The translations under genes were made by a program, and so were the position numbers. Source: Bacteroidota bacterium (GTDB lineage Bacteria > Bacteroidota > Bacteroidia > Sphingobacteriales > Sphingobacteriaceae). From it: a DNA stretch of 64,000 nt. The notes beneath the pieces are model-generated. The model was given only the letters and a program-made list of their open reading frames with translations, was not told the DNA's origin and searched no databases. Of this stretch, positions 1-8,163 are shown in pieces. Position 1 is the stretch's first letter. Each line of letters opens with the position of its first letter. The stretch covers positions 4,295 through 68,294 of the forward strand of contig JAZBLB010000027.1 of NCBI GenBank assembly GCA_037032985.1, given 5' to 3'.

Positions 1-607
1 TGTATTCGATAATTGGGGTCGCATCAGATGCAATAAAATATTCACCTTTACCCACGCCAATAACCATCGGGCTACCTTTTCTTGCCGCAATTAAACGATC
101 TGGATGCTCCTTATCCATAATCACGATAGCATAAGCTCCACTAACCTCGTGTAGGGCCAGGCGCACCGCTTCAAGAAGGTCTAAATTCTCTATTTTCTGA
201 ATTTCCTCAATTAAATGAATGAGTACCTCGGTGTCCGTATCACTTTTAAATTCATGACCACGTCCCATTAGCTCCTCTTTCAAAGTTGCGTAATTCTCAA
301 TGATACCATTATGAATAATAGATAATTTTTCATTGTTAGAAGTATGTGGATGTGAGTTGCGGTCTGACGGTACACCGTGGGTTGCCCATCTGGTGTGTCC
401 CATTCCGATAGTACCAGAACGGTCCTGGCTTTCAGCAAACTCTTCTAAAACCGCTACTTTACCGGCTTTTTTATAAATACTTTGTCCGCTATCATTCATT
501 AGTGCTATACCGGCACTGTCGTAACCTCTATATTCTAACCTTTTAAGCCCTTTTAAAACGATTGGCCAAGCTTCTCTATAGCCGATGTAACCTACTATTC
601 CACACAT
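1..607 (-). CDS. glmS: glutamine--fructose-6-phosphate transaminase (5' part; runs off the window)
   Basis: Not in the ORF track. Manual translation from the ATG at 607 gives MCGIVGYIGYREAWPIVLKGLKRLEYRGYDSAG...GHTRWATHG, the GlmS N-terminal Ntn glutaminase domain with Cys2. Confidence 0.97.
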   Translation of the reverse strand, partial: MCGIVGYIGYREAWPIVLKGLKRLEYRGYDSAGIALMNDSGQSIYKKAGKVAVLEEFAESQDRSGTIGMGHTRWATHGVPSDRNSHPHTSNNEKLSIIHNGIIENYATLKEELMGRGHEFKSDTDTEVLIHLIEEIQKIENLDLLEAVRLALHEVSGAYAIVIMDKEHPDRLIAARKGSPMVIGVGKGEYFIASDATPIIEY

Positions 608-679
608 ATATTTGGGTATTTCTAAAGTCGACGAATATACTAAACAAAGATTGTTTAGCATGAAAAAAAGTTCAGGCAT

Positions 680-709
680 AAAAAAACCCCGGCATTTTCG
701 GCCGAGGTT
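680..709 (-). terminator. intrinsic terminator between the DUF4270 gene and glmS
   Basis: On the minus strand: AACCTCGGC-CGAAAAT-GCCGGGGTT followed by a T-run. Confidence 0.65.
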
Positions 710-729
710 GTTTGAAAGGATTGAATCGA

Positions 730-2109
730 TTAATTTATTTTGGTATAATAAATATTCAATTTTATTTTGTTTGTTGTATTTCCAAAAGATCCGATAACAG
801 TTCTTCCTGCAGAAGTACCGGATGGCGAAGTATCATATGAGGCAGTAGATGATGGTGCTAAGAAAGTTCCATAATCCGTAATGGTTTTATCAATAAGCCC
901 CTGTACATATGAGGTAACGTTAAACACATATCTATTATTTAATGATTGGTAAGCACCACCAAACAAACCCGTAGCACTAGAGGCTACCAGGGCATTGTAA
1001 TCCGGTAATGTAGTAGGTTGTTCTGCGATATCCCAGCGATACAATGCTAATCGCTCTGCAGGTACAAAAGGATTTGCAAATGAACCATTGCTCACATCAA
1101 CTACTAATTCAGCCTTGTTTACTACAACCTTACCATAATTATTTGTGAAATTAGCTAGATTTGGAAAAGAGAGCTTTGTTTTTAAACCAACCAGCCCTTG
1201 CAAATACGTTACATTATATTGTGTAGCATTATTGGTAAGTTGTGTTTGAACATCCGTACCGGTATAATCATGTTTAATATTTGCGGCAGCACCATTTGCT
1301 AACGAAATTGGAAAATTCACGCTTGTGGTATCAATGCCATTAGTGGTATTAGGTTTTTTATAAACCAATTGCACAAACGAACTAGTACCTGCAAGATCTA
1401 CAAAAGCTACTCCACCACCGGCAATGGTTGACGATGTTTTGTTCACTTCCGCATATAAGCCTTTAAAATAATCAATAAACCTTGCAGCTGTTGTAAAGGT
1501 AGCAGCAGGTTGCGCCAAAATGGTGCTCTGAATAAATGCCTTGTTTAATGGAATTCTGATCTGCGCTTTAACTGTTCTTAGCGTATCAGGCTTGCCAGCA
1601 ATAATGTCAAAGATTTTAATAGGTGTTTTAGGGAATATCTTGCTATTGAAATTACCTAATAAAGTACTGTTATGTGGCTGTACATCAGAACTCTTAAAGT
1701 TGGCTATTTTATTGGTAAGCTGATAAACATCAATACTATATTTTGAAGTGGTAGTATCTCCGTAAAACTGGGTACCTAAATTTAATACCAACACAGCCGA
1801 ATCTAATGTGGAATTAGTACCAAAATCTTGAGTAAGAGAAGTTGGTGGTGCTACAGTCATTGCTAGGCTAGCTTCTGTTTTTCCGAAAATCGGATCAACC
1901 ATATAACCTATCGGATGCTGAGTTAATCCACTGGTTGTGATATCACTTTCTTTTATCGTTTGTGATCTGATCTGCTCATTGTTTACCAATGTACCTTCGA
2001 TAGCTGTACCTGGATCAACATCTAAGCCAACAGCACCAGGGTTTTTACACGATGCAAAAAGAAAAAGACCTATCAACAGGGTTAATAAGTCTTGTTTTGT
2101 AAATTTCAT
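730..2109 (-). CDS. DUF4270-family lipoprotein
   Basis: Lipobox LFASC, beta-rich Thr/Asn-rich sequence, C-terminal 'IKLNIYYTK', and the typical Bacteroidota position next to glmS and the GT5-domain gene. Confidence 0.75.
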   Translation of the reverse strand: MKFTKQDLLTLLIGLFLFASCKNPGAVGLDVDPGTAIEGTLVNNEQIRSQTIKESDITTSGLTQHPIGYMVDPIFGKTEASLAMTVAPPTSLTQDFGTNSTLDSAVLVLNLGTQFYGDTTTSKYSIDVYQLTNKIANFKSSDVQPHNSTLLGNFNSKIFPKTPIKIFDIIAGKPDTLRTVKAQIRIPLNKAFIQSTILAQPAATFTTAARFIDYFKGLYAEVNKTSSTIAGGGVAFVDLAGTSSFVQLVYKKPNTTNGIDTTSVNFPISLANGAAANIKHDYTGTDVQTQLTNNATQYNVTYLQGLVGLKTKLSFPNLANFTNNYGKVVVNKAELVVDVSNGSFANPFVPAERLALYRWDIAEQPTTLPDYNALVASSATGLFGGAYQSLNNRYVFNVTSYVQGLIDKTITDYGTFLAPSSTASYDTSPSGTSAGRTVIGSFGNTTNKIKLNIYYTKIN

Positions 2110-2130
2110 ATTTAAAATAATAATACCTGA

Positions 2131-2961
2131 TTAAGCAACTGAAACCAATTCATCACTTGAAATTTCTTCGTAGAAAGTATAGAAGTTTTCAAAATTCTCG
2201 GTTAAGTTAAATGCTAATGTTGGTTTATTGGAATCTTTAACAAATTTTAACACAGCAGCATCTAGATTTTCATCTGCTAAAACTACTGCATCAGCGTGCG
2301 TAATCGCGCCAATATGCATGCTGCTGCAATCTGCAGGAACAAAAGCTTTAGTATCCTCTTCAGTCATGTTAGCCATTACTGCCTTGGATGCGAATTTATC
2401 ATTCAATTTTTCTGTGAAACCATCTTCATAAATTGAATAAACTACTTTTGAATTTTTGAAAGTAGGATCATTTTTATAAGTAGTTTTAATATAAGCAGGA
2501 ACTAAAGCGCTCATCCATCCATGACAGTGAACAATATCTGGAGCCCATCCTAATTTTTTGACCGTTTCTAAAGCACCTTTACAGAAGAAAATTGTACGCT
2601 CGTCATTGTCATCAAAGAATTTTCCGCTTGCGTCTCGAAAAACTTGTTTACGTTGAAAATACTCTTCGTTATCAAGGAAATAAACCTGCATGCGTGCAGC
2701 TGGGATGGATGCTACTTTAATAATTAAGGGATTATCATTGTCGTCGATAATGATGTTCATTCCAGACAAGCGGATTACTTCGTGTAAACGATTTCTTCTT
2801 TCGTTGATGTTGCCGAACTTAGGCATCAAGATGCGGATTTCAAATCCTTTTTCTTGCATAGCCTGTGGTAGTTGACGCGTGATTTCAGAAATTTTAGTAA
2901 GCTCGAGGAAAGGCGACATCTCGTGTGTAACAATCAGCAGCTTCGTTTTTGCCATCTCCAT
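2131..2961 (-). CDS. glycogen/starch synthase catalytic-domain (GT5 N-terminal only) protein; start may be 2955
   Basis: 'IRILMPKFG', 'VYFLDNEEYF' and 'PDIVHCHGWMSALVP' match Glyco_transf_5. At 276 aa it has no C-terminal GT-B domain. Confidence 0.8.
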   Translation of the reverse strand: MEMAKTKLLIVTHEMSPFLELTKISEITRQLPQAMQEKGFEIRILMPKFGNINERRNRLHEVIRLSGMNIIIDDNDNPLIIKVASIPAARMQVYFLDNEEYFQRKQVFRDASGKFFDDNDERTIFFCKGALETVKKLGWAPDIVHCHGWMSALVPAYIKTTYKNDPTFKNSKVVYSIYEDGFTEKLNDKFASKAVMANMTEEDTKAFVPADCSSMHIGAITHADAVVLADENLDAAVLKFVKDSNKPTLAFNLTENFENFYTFYEEISSDELVSVA

Positions 2962-3002
2962 ATTCTAAGAAAATATTAAGTTAAATAAAAGATAATGAGC
3001 TG

Positions 3003-3034
3003 CAAAGGTAAGCATAATAATACTATTTATCAAT
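3003..3034 (-). promoter_or_regulatory. Bacteroidota sigma-A-type promoter for the GT5/DUF4270 operon
   Basis: Minus strand ATTG-N20-TACCTTTG (-7 box at 3003-3010). Confidence 0.6.
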
Positions 3035-3104
3035 ATAGCAAGCATTTGTTTGGTTTCGTTTAGATTAATTTACACCTTTACGACTTTAATTTAGATAGAC
3101 CAAA

Positions 3105-3950
3105 TTGGAAATATTTAAAACCAAAGCATCGCTTAAGGCTTTCTTAAAACCGTTAAAAGAATCAGGTAAAAAAATAGCACTTGTACCTACAATGGGTGCC
3201 CTGCATAATGGCCATATTTCTCTAATTAAACTTGCCCAGCAAAATGCAGACATCATAATCTGTAGTATTTTTGTAAATCCTACACAGTTCACCGACCCGA
3301 AAGATCTGGAAAAATATCCCCGCCCCGTTGAACATGATTTATCTATGCTTGAAACTGCTGGCTGTACTGGGGTACTCATGCCAAACGTAGAAGAAATGTA
3401 TCCTTCAAAAGAAAATGAAAACTGGCACATTGATCTTGGAAAAGCAGAGTTTTTGCTTGAAGGGGAGTTTAGAAAAGGTCACTATCAAGGCGTAACTCAG
3501 ATTGTGAAAAAACTTTTCGATGCGGTGGAACCTGATGTTGCCATGTTTGGACAGAAAGATTTTCAACAAGTTTTGATGATCAAAAATATGGTCAAATATT
3601 TCGATCTACCAATTCAGATTATCACCTGCCCTATCATTAGAGAAGAAGACGGACTGGCGATGAGTAGCCGCAACATTCACTTATCTGCTGATGATAGACA
3701 ACATTCTTTAGTGTTAAACGAGTCCCTTCAGTTAGTGGTTAGACATTTTGATGAATATTCATTAGCAGAGCTTGAAAAAATGGCAAAAACGTTGTATAAA
3801 GATATCCAGGGAGTAGAACTCGACTATTTTACAATAGCCAATGGAAATACCTTGGAGCCAGCTACTTCCAAAGATGAAGATAATCTTGTCGCCTTAGTTG
3901 CAGCCAAAGTAGGTTCTACAAGGTTAATCGATAATATGATTATTAAGTAA
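3105..3950 (+). CDS. panC: pantoate--beta-alanine ligase
   Basis: VPTMGALHNGH (HIGH-like), FVNPTQF, FGQKDFQQ, REEDGLAMSSRN, RLIDN motifs; TTG start. Confidence 0.97.
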   Translation: MEIFKTKASLKAFLKPLKESGKKIALVPTMGALHNGHISLIKLAQQNADIIICSIFVNPTQFTDPKDLEKYPRPVEHDLSMLETAGCTGVLMPNVEEMYPSKENENWHIDLGKAEFLLEGEFRKGHYQGVTQIVKKLFDAVEPDVAMFGQKDFQQVLMIKNMVKYFDLPIQIITCPIIREEDGLAMSSRNIHLSADDRQHSLVLNESLQLVVRHFDEYSLAELEKMAKTLYKDIQGVELDYFTIANGNTLEPATSKDEDNLVALVAAKVGSTRLIDNMIIK

Positions 3951-3993
3951 CGTTGAGATTTGAGTATCTAAAATCAAGATTTACCGATTTGCG

Positions 3994-4035
3994 AAACTCC
4001 AAACTGATGACTGAAAACTCCAAACTGATTACTAA
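3994..4035 (+). repeat. six degenerate 7-bp tandem units (NNACTNN)
   Basis: AAACTCC AAACTGA TGACTGA AAACTCC AAACTGA TTACTAA read directly from the sequence. Confidence 0.7.
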
Positions 4036-4044
4036 CTTTGCCAA

Positions 4045-4395
4045 ATGGTTATTACAATATTAAAATCGAAAATACACCGTGTTAAAGTAACACAAGCTGA
4101 ACTTAATTATGTAGGCAGTATTACGATAGATGAAGATTTGATGGATGCGGCTAATATTATCGCAAACGAGAAGGTGCAAATTGTTAATAATAATAATGGT
4201 GCACGCTTCGAAACGTATGTAATTAAAGGTGAACGTGGTACCGGAACCATCTGTTTAAATGGCGCAACGGCACGTTTAGCACAGCTAGGCGATATCCTCA
4301 TCATCATGTCTTACGGAAGCCTGCCTATAGAAGAAGCAAAAAAGTACAGTCCCATACTTGTTTTTCCTGATGATAATAATCACTTACTAAAATAG
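4045..4395 (+). CDS. panD: aspartate 1-decarboxylase
   Basis: KSKIHR, the YVGSITID self-cleavage Gly-Ser site, RFETYVI, NGATAR. Confidence 0.98.
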   Translation: MVITILKSKIHRVKVTQAELNYVGSITIDEDLMDAANIIANEKVQIVNNNNGARFETYVIKGERGTGTICLNGATARLAQLGDILIIMSYGSLPIEEAKKYSPILVFPDDNNHLLK

Positions 4396-4399
4396 CATT

Positions 4400-5392
4400 G
4401 TGACCTTCGATCTCAAAACGGCATTAAAATACCTCATCATGCTTTTGATAGGAGTAGGTATTTTATATCTGGCGTTTAGAGATCAGGATTTGGAAAGGAT
4501 TTGGTTGGAAGTTAAAACGGCCAACCTTTTTTATGTGATTAGCTCTGCTTTATCTGTTTTGATTGCCTATCTGTTAAGGGCATTGCGCTGGCAGATGCTT
4601 TATGAGTCTATTCATTATAAAGTTAGTTTCTGGAATGTCTATCACGGAGTGATCATTGGTTATTTATCCAATTTAGCTTTGCCGCGGTTTGGCGAGGTGG
4701 TTCGATGCTCGGTAATGCAAAGAACAGAAAAAGTGCCGATCTTTTCTTCTTTGGGTACGGTAATAACAGAAAGACTTTTCGATGTACTGATACTTCTCCT
4801 TACAGGCTTGGCAATGCTTATTTTTCAATACGACTTAGTATTTGACTTTCTTGATCAACACATCTATCACAGTGTTGCAAATCGCCTGAGCCAGGTTAAT
4901 TATATCTGGCTAATGGCATTTGGTATTTTAATCATGATGTTAAGCAGCGCATCATTCTACTTCTTGCGAAGTAGGGTAAGCAAAAAGTTTCTGAGGATTT
5001 TCGTGAGTTTAAGACAGGGATTCGGATCCTATAGCAAAATGAAAAACAAATGGAAATTTTTACTATTTACTTTCCTAATCTGGGGATTTTACCTCATTTC
5101 GATGTATCTCTGTTTTTCAGCGCTTCATGCTACCAGCAATTTGCATTTTAATGCCGGATTTACTGCGCTCGTTTTTTCTGGGTTTGCCATGGCTGCGCCC
5201 GTACAAGGTGGGATAGGGGTTTTTCATTGGATGGTAGGGCAGTCTTTAGTTTTATATTCCATATCCTTTAAAGATGGCTTAGCCTACGCCACAATTATTC
5301 ATTCCTCACAGGTTTTACTTATCCTCTTTTTAGGTTGTTTAAGCATTTTTTTAACGTTGGCAAAACCTGAAATCAAACCAATAAACCCATAG
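4400..5392 (+). CDS. lysylphosphatidylglycerol synthase TM / flippase-like (UPF0104) membrane protein
   Basis: Multi-TM protein with LRALRWQ, PRFGEVVR, ITERLFD and PVQGGIG motifs; GTG start. Confidence 0.8.
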   Translation: MTFDLKTALKYLIMLLIGVGILYLAFRDQDLERIWLEVKTANLFYVISSALSVLIAYLLRALRWQMLYESIHYKVSFWNVYHGVIIGYLSNLALPRFGEVVRCSVMQRTEKVPIFSSLGTVITERLFDVLILLLTGLAMLIFQYDLVFDFLDQHIYHSVANRLSQVNYIWLMAFGILIMMLSSASFYFLRSRVSKKFLRIFVSLRQGFGSYSKMKNKWKFLLFTFLIWGFYLISMYLCFSALHATSNLHFNAGFTALVFSGFAMAAPVQGGIGVFHWMVGQSLVLYSISFKDGLAYATIIHSSQVLLILFLGCLSIFLTLAKPEIKPINP

Positions 5393-5464
5393 AACCTCCT
5401 TCTGAATTGTTTGAGGCGTTTTCTTTTGACACAACGTCAAAACTTTTAGCATAAATATTTCAAT

Positions 5465-5490
5465 AAATTACTATGCAGCCATAGTAATTT
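5465..5490. promoter_or_regulatory. perfect 11-4-11 palindrome, candidate operator for the acyl-CoA dehydrogenase gene
   Basis: AAATTACTATG-CAGC-CATAGTAATTT, about 15 bp upstream of a TACATTTG -7 box (5505-5512). Confidence 0.55.
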
Positions 5491-5540
5491 TGAATTTGAA
5501 ATGCTACATTTGATTTACTAACCTTTTATATTTAAATGTT

Positions 5541-6680
5541 ATGCATTTCGAATTAAGTGAAGAGCAAATAATGATACAGCAGGCTGCAAGAGATTTTGCA
5601 GAGCAAGAGCTTAAGCCTGGTGTAATTGAACGTGATGAACATCAAAAATTTCCGGCTGAGCAGGTTAAAAAGTTGGGTGAACTTGGTTTTCTCGGCATGA
5701 TGGTGAGTGAAAAATATAACGGCAGTGGACTGGATGCTATTTCTTATGTTTTAGTAATGGAAGAGCTTTCTAAAATTGATGCATCTGCATCGGTTGTGGT
5801 TTCTGTAAATAATTCTTTGGTTTGCTACGGTCTGGAGGCATACGGTAATGAGGAGCAAAAAGAGAAGTATCTCAAACCTTTAGCATCCGGAGAGAAGATT
5901 GGGGCATTTTGTTTATCAGAGCCTGAAGCTGGATCCGACGCGACTTCACAACGAACTACTGCAGAAGATAAAGGAGATTATTACCTGTTGAATGGAACTA
6001 AAAACTGGATCACCAACGGTAGTTCAGCTTCCACATATTTAGTTATTGCGCAAACGCATCCAGAATTAAGACACAAAGGAATCAATGCCTTCATTGTTGA
6101 AAAAGGTATGGAAGGTTTCACTATTGGTCCGAAAGAGAATAAACTCGGTATTCGCGGGTCTGATACCCATTCTTTAATGTTTAACGATGTTAAAGTGCCT
6201 AAGGAAAACAGAATAGGGGAGGATGGATTTGGGTTCAAGTTTGCAATGAAAACACTAGAAGGTGGGCGGATTGGAATCGCAGCACAGGCCTTAGGAATTG
6301 CTCAAGGTGCTTTTGAGTTGGCTACCCGATATGCAAAAGAGCGAAAATCATTTGGAAAACCAATATCAGAACATCAGGCAATTGCCTTTAAGTTGGCTGA
6401 TATGGCGACACAAATAGAGGCAGCCAGGTTATTGGTTTATAAGGCTGCGTGGTTAAAGGATCAAGGATTGCCTTATACACAAGCTGGCTCCATGGCTAAA
6501 TTATTTGCCTCAAAAGTAGCAATGGATGTAACTATCGAAGCCGTTCAGGTACATGGAGGATATGGCTTTGTAAAAGAATATCACGTAGAACGATTGATGC
6601 GTGATGCGAAAATTACGCAGATTTATGAAGGAACTTCAGAGATTCAGAAAATGGTGATTTCGAGAGAAGTGATAAGGTAG
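5541..6680 (+). CDS. acyl-CoA dehydrogenase (short/branched-chain type)
   Basis: FCLSEPEAGSDA, LNGTKNWITNG, GRIGIAAQALG, QVHGGYGF, QIYEGTSEIQ. Confidence 0.95.
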   Translation: MHFELSEEQIMIQQAARDFAEQELKPGVIERDEHQKFPAEQVKKLGELGFLGMMVSEKYNGSGLDAISYVLVMEELSKIDASASVVVSVNNSLVCYGLEAYGNEEQKEKYLKPLASGEKIGAFCLSEPEAGSDATSQRTTAEDKGDYYLLNGTKNWITNGSSASTYLVIAQTHPELRHKGINAFIVEKGMEGFTIGPKENKLGIRGSDTHSLMFNDVKVPKENRIGEDGFGFKFAMKTLEGGRIGIAAQALGIAQGAFELATRYAKERKSFGKPISEHQAIAFKLADMATQIEAARLLVYKAAWLKDQGLPYTQAGSMAKLFASKVAMDVTIEAVQVHGGYGFVKEYHVERLMRDAKITQIYEGTSEIQKMVISREVIR

Positions 6681-6684
6681 GATC

Positions 6685-6783
6685 AAGTCTGAAGTCAAAA
6701 GTCTGTAGTATCAAGTCAGTTGGACTTCAGACTACAGACTGTTTTGTTTTATCGAAGAAATCTCTCGACTAAAGACTCCAAAC
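6685..6783. repeat. 7-bp-periodic direct and inverted repeat element between convergent genes
   Basis: AAGTCTG AAGTCAA AAGTCTG TAGTATC AAGTCAG, then the inverted units GACTTCA GACTACA GACTG and GACTAAA GACTCCA. Confidence 0.65.
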
Positions 6784-7127
6784 TATTCTTTCTCTCCAGC
6801 AACAGCACCGAAAATTGCTTTGATCAGTGCAACAATAATTGCTAAAAATGCAGCAGCAAAGAAGCCTGAGGTGTTAAAGGATGTCATCATGCTATCTACC
6901 AAAAGAATCATCAATACAGTAATTATAAATGATACCAGACCCAGTGTTAAAAAGTTGATTGGAAAAGTTAATAATCTTAAAATAAAACCAATAGTTGCAT
7001 TGGCCAGTGCAATTAACACGGCAGCACCCAGTGCACTCATAAATCCAGTTACCTCTACTCCAGGCACCAGTTTTGCGCCGATAAAAAAAGCCAGCCCCAT
7101 TAAAAGGACTTCAATAATTAATCTCAT
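6783..7127 (-). CDS. 'phage holin family' (YvlD/DUF360-like) 4-TM membrane protein
   Basis: 114 aa hydrophobic protein with 'LLTFPINFLTLGLVSFII' and 'GFFAAAFLAII'. Confidence 0.8.
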   Translation of the reverse strand: MRLIIEVLLMGLAFFIGAKLVPGVEVTGFMSALGAAVLIALANATIGFILRLLTFPINFLTLGLVSFIITVLMILLVDSMMTSFNTSGFFAAAFLAIIVALIKAIFGAVAGEKE

Positions 7128-7144
7128 AATGTTTAAATTTGTTA

Positions 7145-7576
7145 ATGTTTAATATCTTATATAAATTTTTAACAGTTGCAGTTATGGCAACAGCTGTAAT
7201 TTCTTGTTCTGGTACAAACAAAAAACCAGTAATTAAGTTTTCGGCGGATAGTACAACAATAGTGGTTAGTAATATTGATGAGGCGAGTTTGCTTCAGGTC
7301 AAAAATCATTTTCAGGCAAATGCAGATTCTATCGCGTTGATTTCTGTTTTAATAAAGCCCGGGGAGCAAGATAGTTTGCAGGATGATATCATGGTGGAAG
7401 GAAAAATTAACGTTGATGGCGATTCGGTAATTTTCTCTCCCGAACAACCTTTTAAAAAAAATAAAAATTACCTGGTAGAAAATTATATCGGAATCAAGTT
7501 TGCGGGCTTGAGTAACTTACTTAACGGTAGTGCAAGGCACAATTTGCAACCGCAGAAGCAACTACTTAAACGGTAA
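7145..7576 (+). CDS. hypothetical lipoprotein
   Basis: Signal peptide ending in the lipobox VISC; no family recognised. Confidence 0.6.
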   Translation: MFNILYKFLTVAVMATAVISCSGTNKKPVIKFSADSTTIVVSNIDEASLLQVKNHFQANADSIALISVLIKPGEQDSLQDDIMVEGKINVDGDSVIFSPEQPFKKNKNYLVENYIGIKFAGLSNLLNGSARHNLQPQKQLLKR

Positions 7577-7602
7577 TAATCAGCACAATAATGAGATAAG
7601 TA

Positions 7603-7633
7603 TTTGATTTTTCGCAAGAAAGTACTATATTTG
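7603..7633 (+). promoter_or_regulatory. consensus promoter of rimP-nusA-infB
   Basis: TTTG (7603-7606)-N19-TATATTTG (7626-7633), an exact Bacteroidota -33/-7 consensus. Confidence 0.8.
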
Positions 7634-7645
7634 CATCGTAATCGA

Positions 7646-7678
7646 AGAAAAGAGAAGGGGACAATGTCCCCTTTTTCT
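7646..7678 (+). terminator. leader terminator/attenuator upstream of rimP
   Basis: GGGGAC-AAT-GTCCCC plus TTTTTCT, lying between the promoter and the start codon. Confidence 0.7.
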
Positions 7679-7696
7679 ATGAAATCAGGTTAAAAT

Positions 7697-8161
7697 ATGC
7701 AGGTAGAAAAGAAAGTTGCGAGCCTCGTTGAGGAGAAAATTGCAGATCGGCCAGAGCTTTTTTTGGTTGAAGTGAAAATGTTGCCAAACAATAAGTTAAT
7801 TATTCATGTTGATGGCGACGAAGGTATTAGCATACAGGATTGTGTGGCCATTAGCAGGCATGTTGGTTTTCATTTAGAAGAGGAAAACGTAATTGAGCAG
7901 GCTTATAATTTAGAAGTTTCTTCTCCGGGCGTTGGTGAACCATTAAGATTAAATCGCCAATACGTAAAAAATATAGGTCGTACTTTAAGTATTAAGTTTA
8001 AAGATGGGCTTAAAAAGGAAGGGAAGCTTCTTGAAGTTACAGAAGACAATCTAGTTTTAGAAGAATCGGTTAAAGAAAAAGGGAAAAAAGCGGTAAATGT
8101 TAAAACAACGATACCGTTTAATGATATATTAGAAACAAGTGTGTTAATTTCATTTAAGTAA
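7697..8161 (+). CDS. rimP: ribosome maturation factor RimP
   Basis: 'DGDEGISIQDC', 'YNLEVSSPG', and position upstream of nusA. Confidence 0.95.
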   Translation: MQVEKKVASLVEEKIADRPELFLVEVKMLPNNKLIIHVDGDEGISIQDCVAISRHVGFHLEEENVIEQAYNLEVSSPGVGEPLRLNRQYVKNIGRTLSIKFKDGLKKEGKLLEVTEDNLVLEESVKEKGKKAVNVKTTIPFNDILETSVLISFK

Positions 8162-8163
8162 AA

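Noticed and set aside
608-729. glmS ribozyme
   Set aside because: Only about 70 nt lie between the upstream terminator and the ATG, and no ribozyme core is recognisable.
612-797. 61-aa plus-strand ORF upstream of glmS
   Set aside because: TTG start, spans a terminator and promoter region, antisense to DUF4270, and has no protein-like features.
6783-7127. 'Phage holin family' gene as evidence of a prophage
   Set aside because: No integrase, capsid, terminase or endolysin nearby. This family is common as a chromosomal membrane protein.
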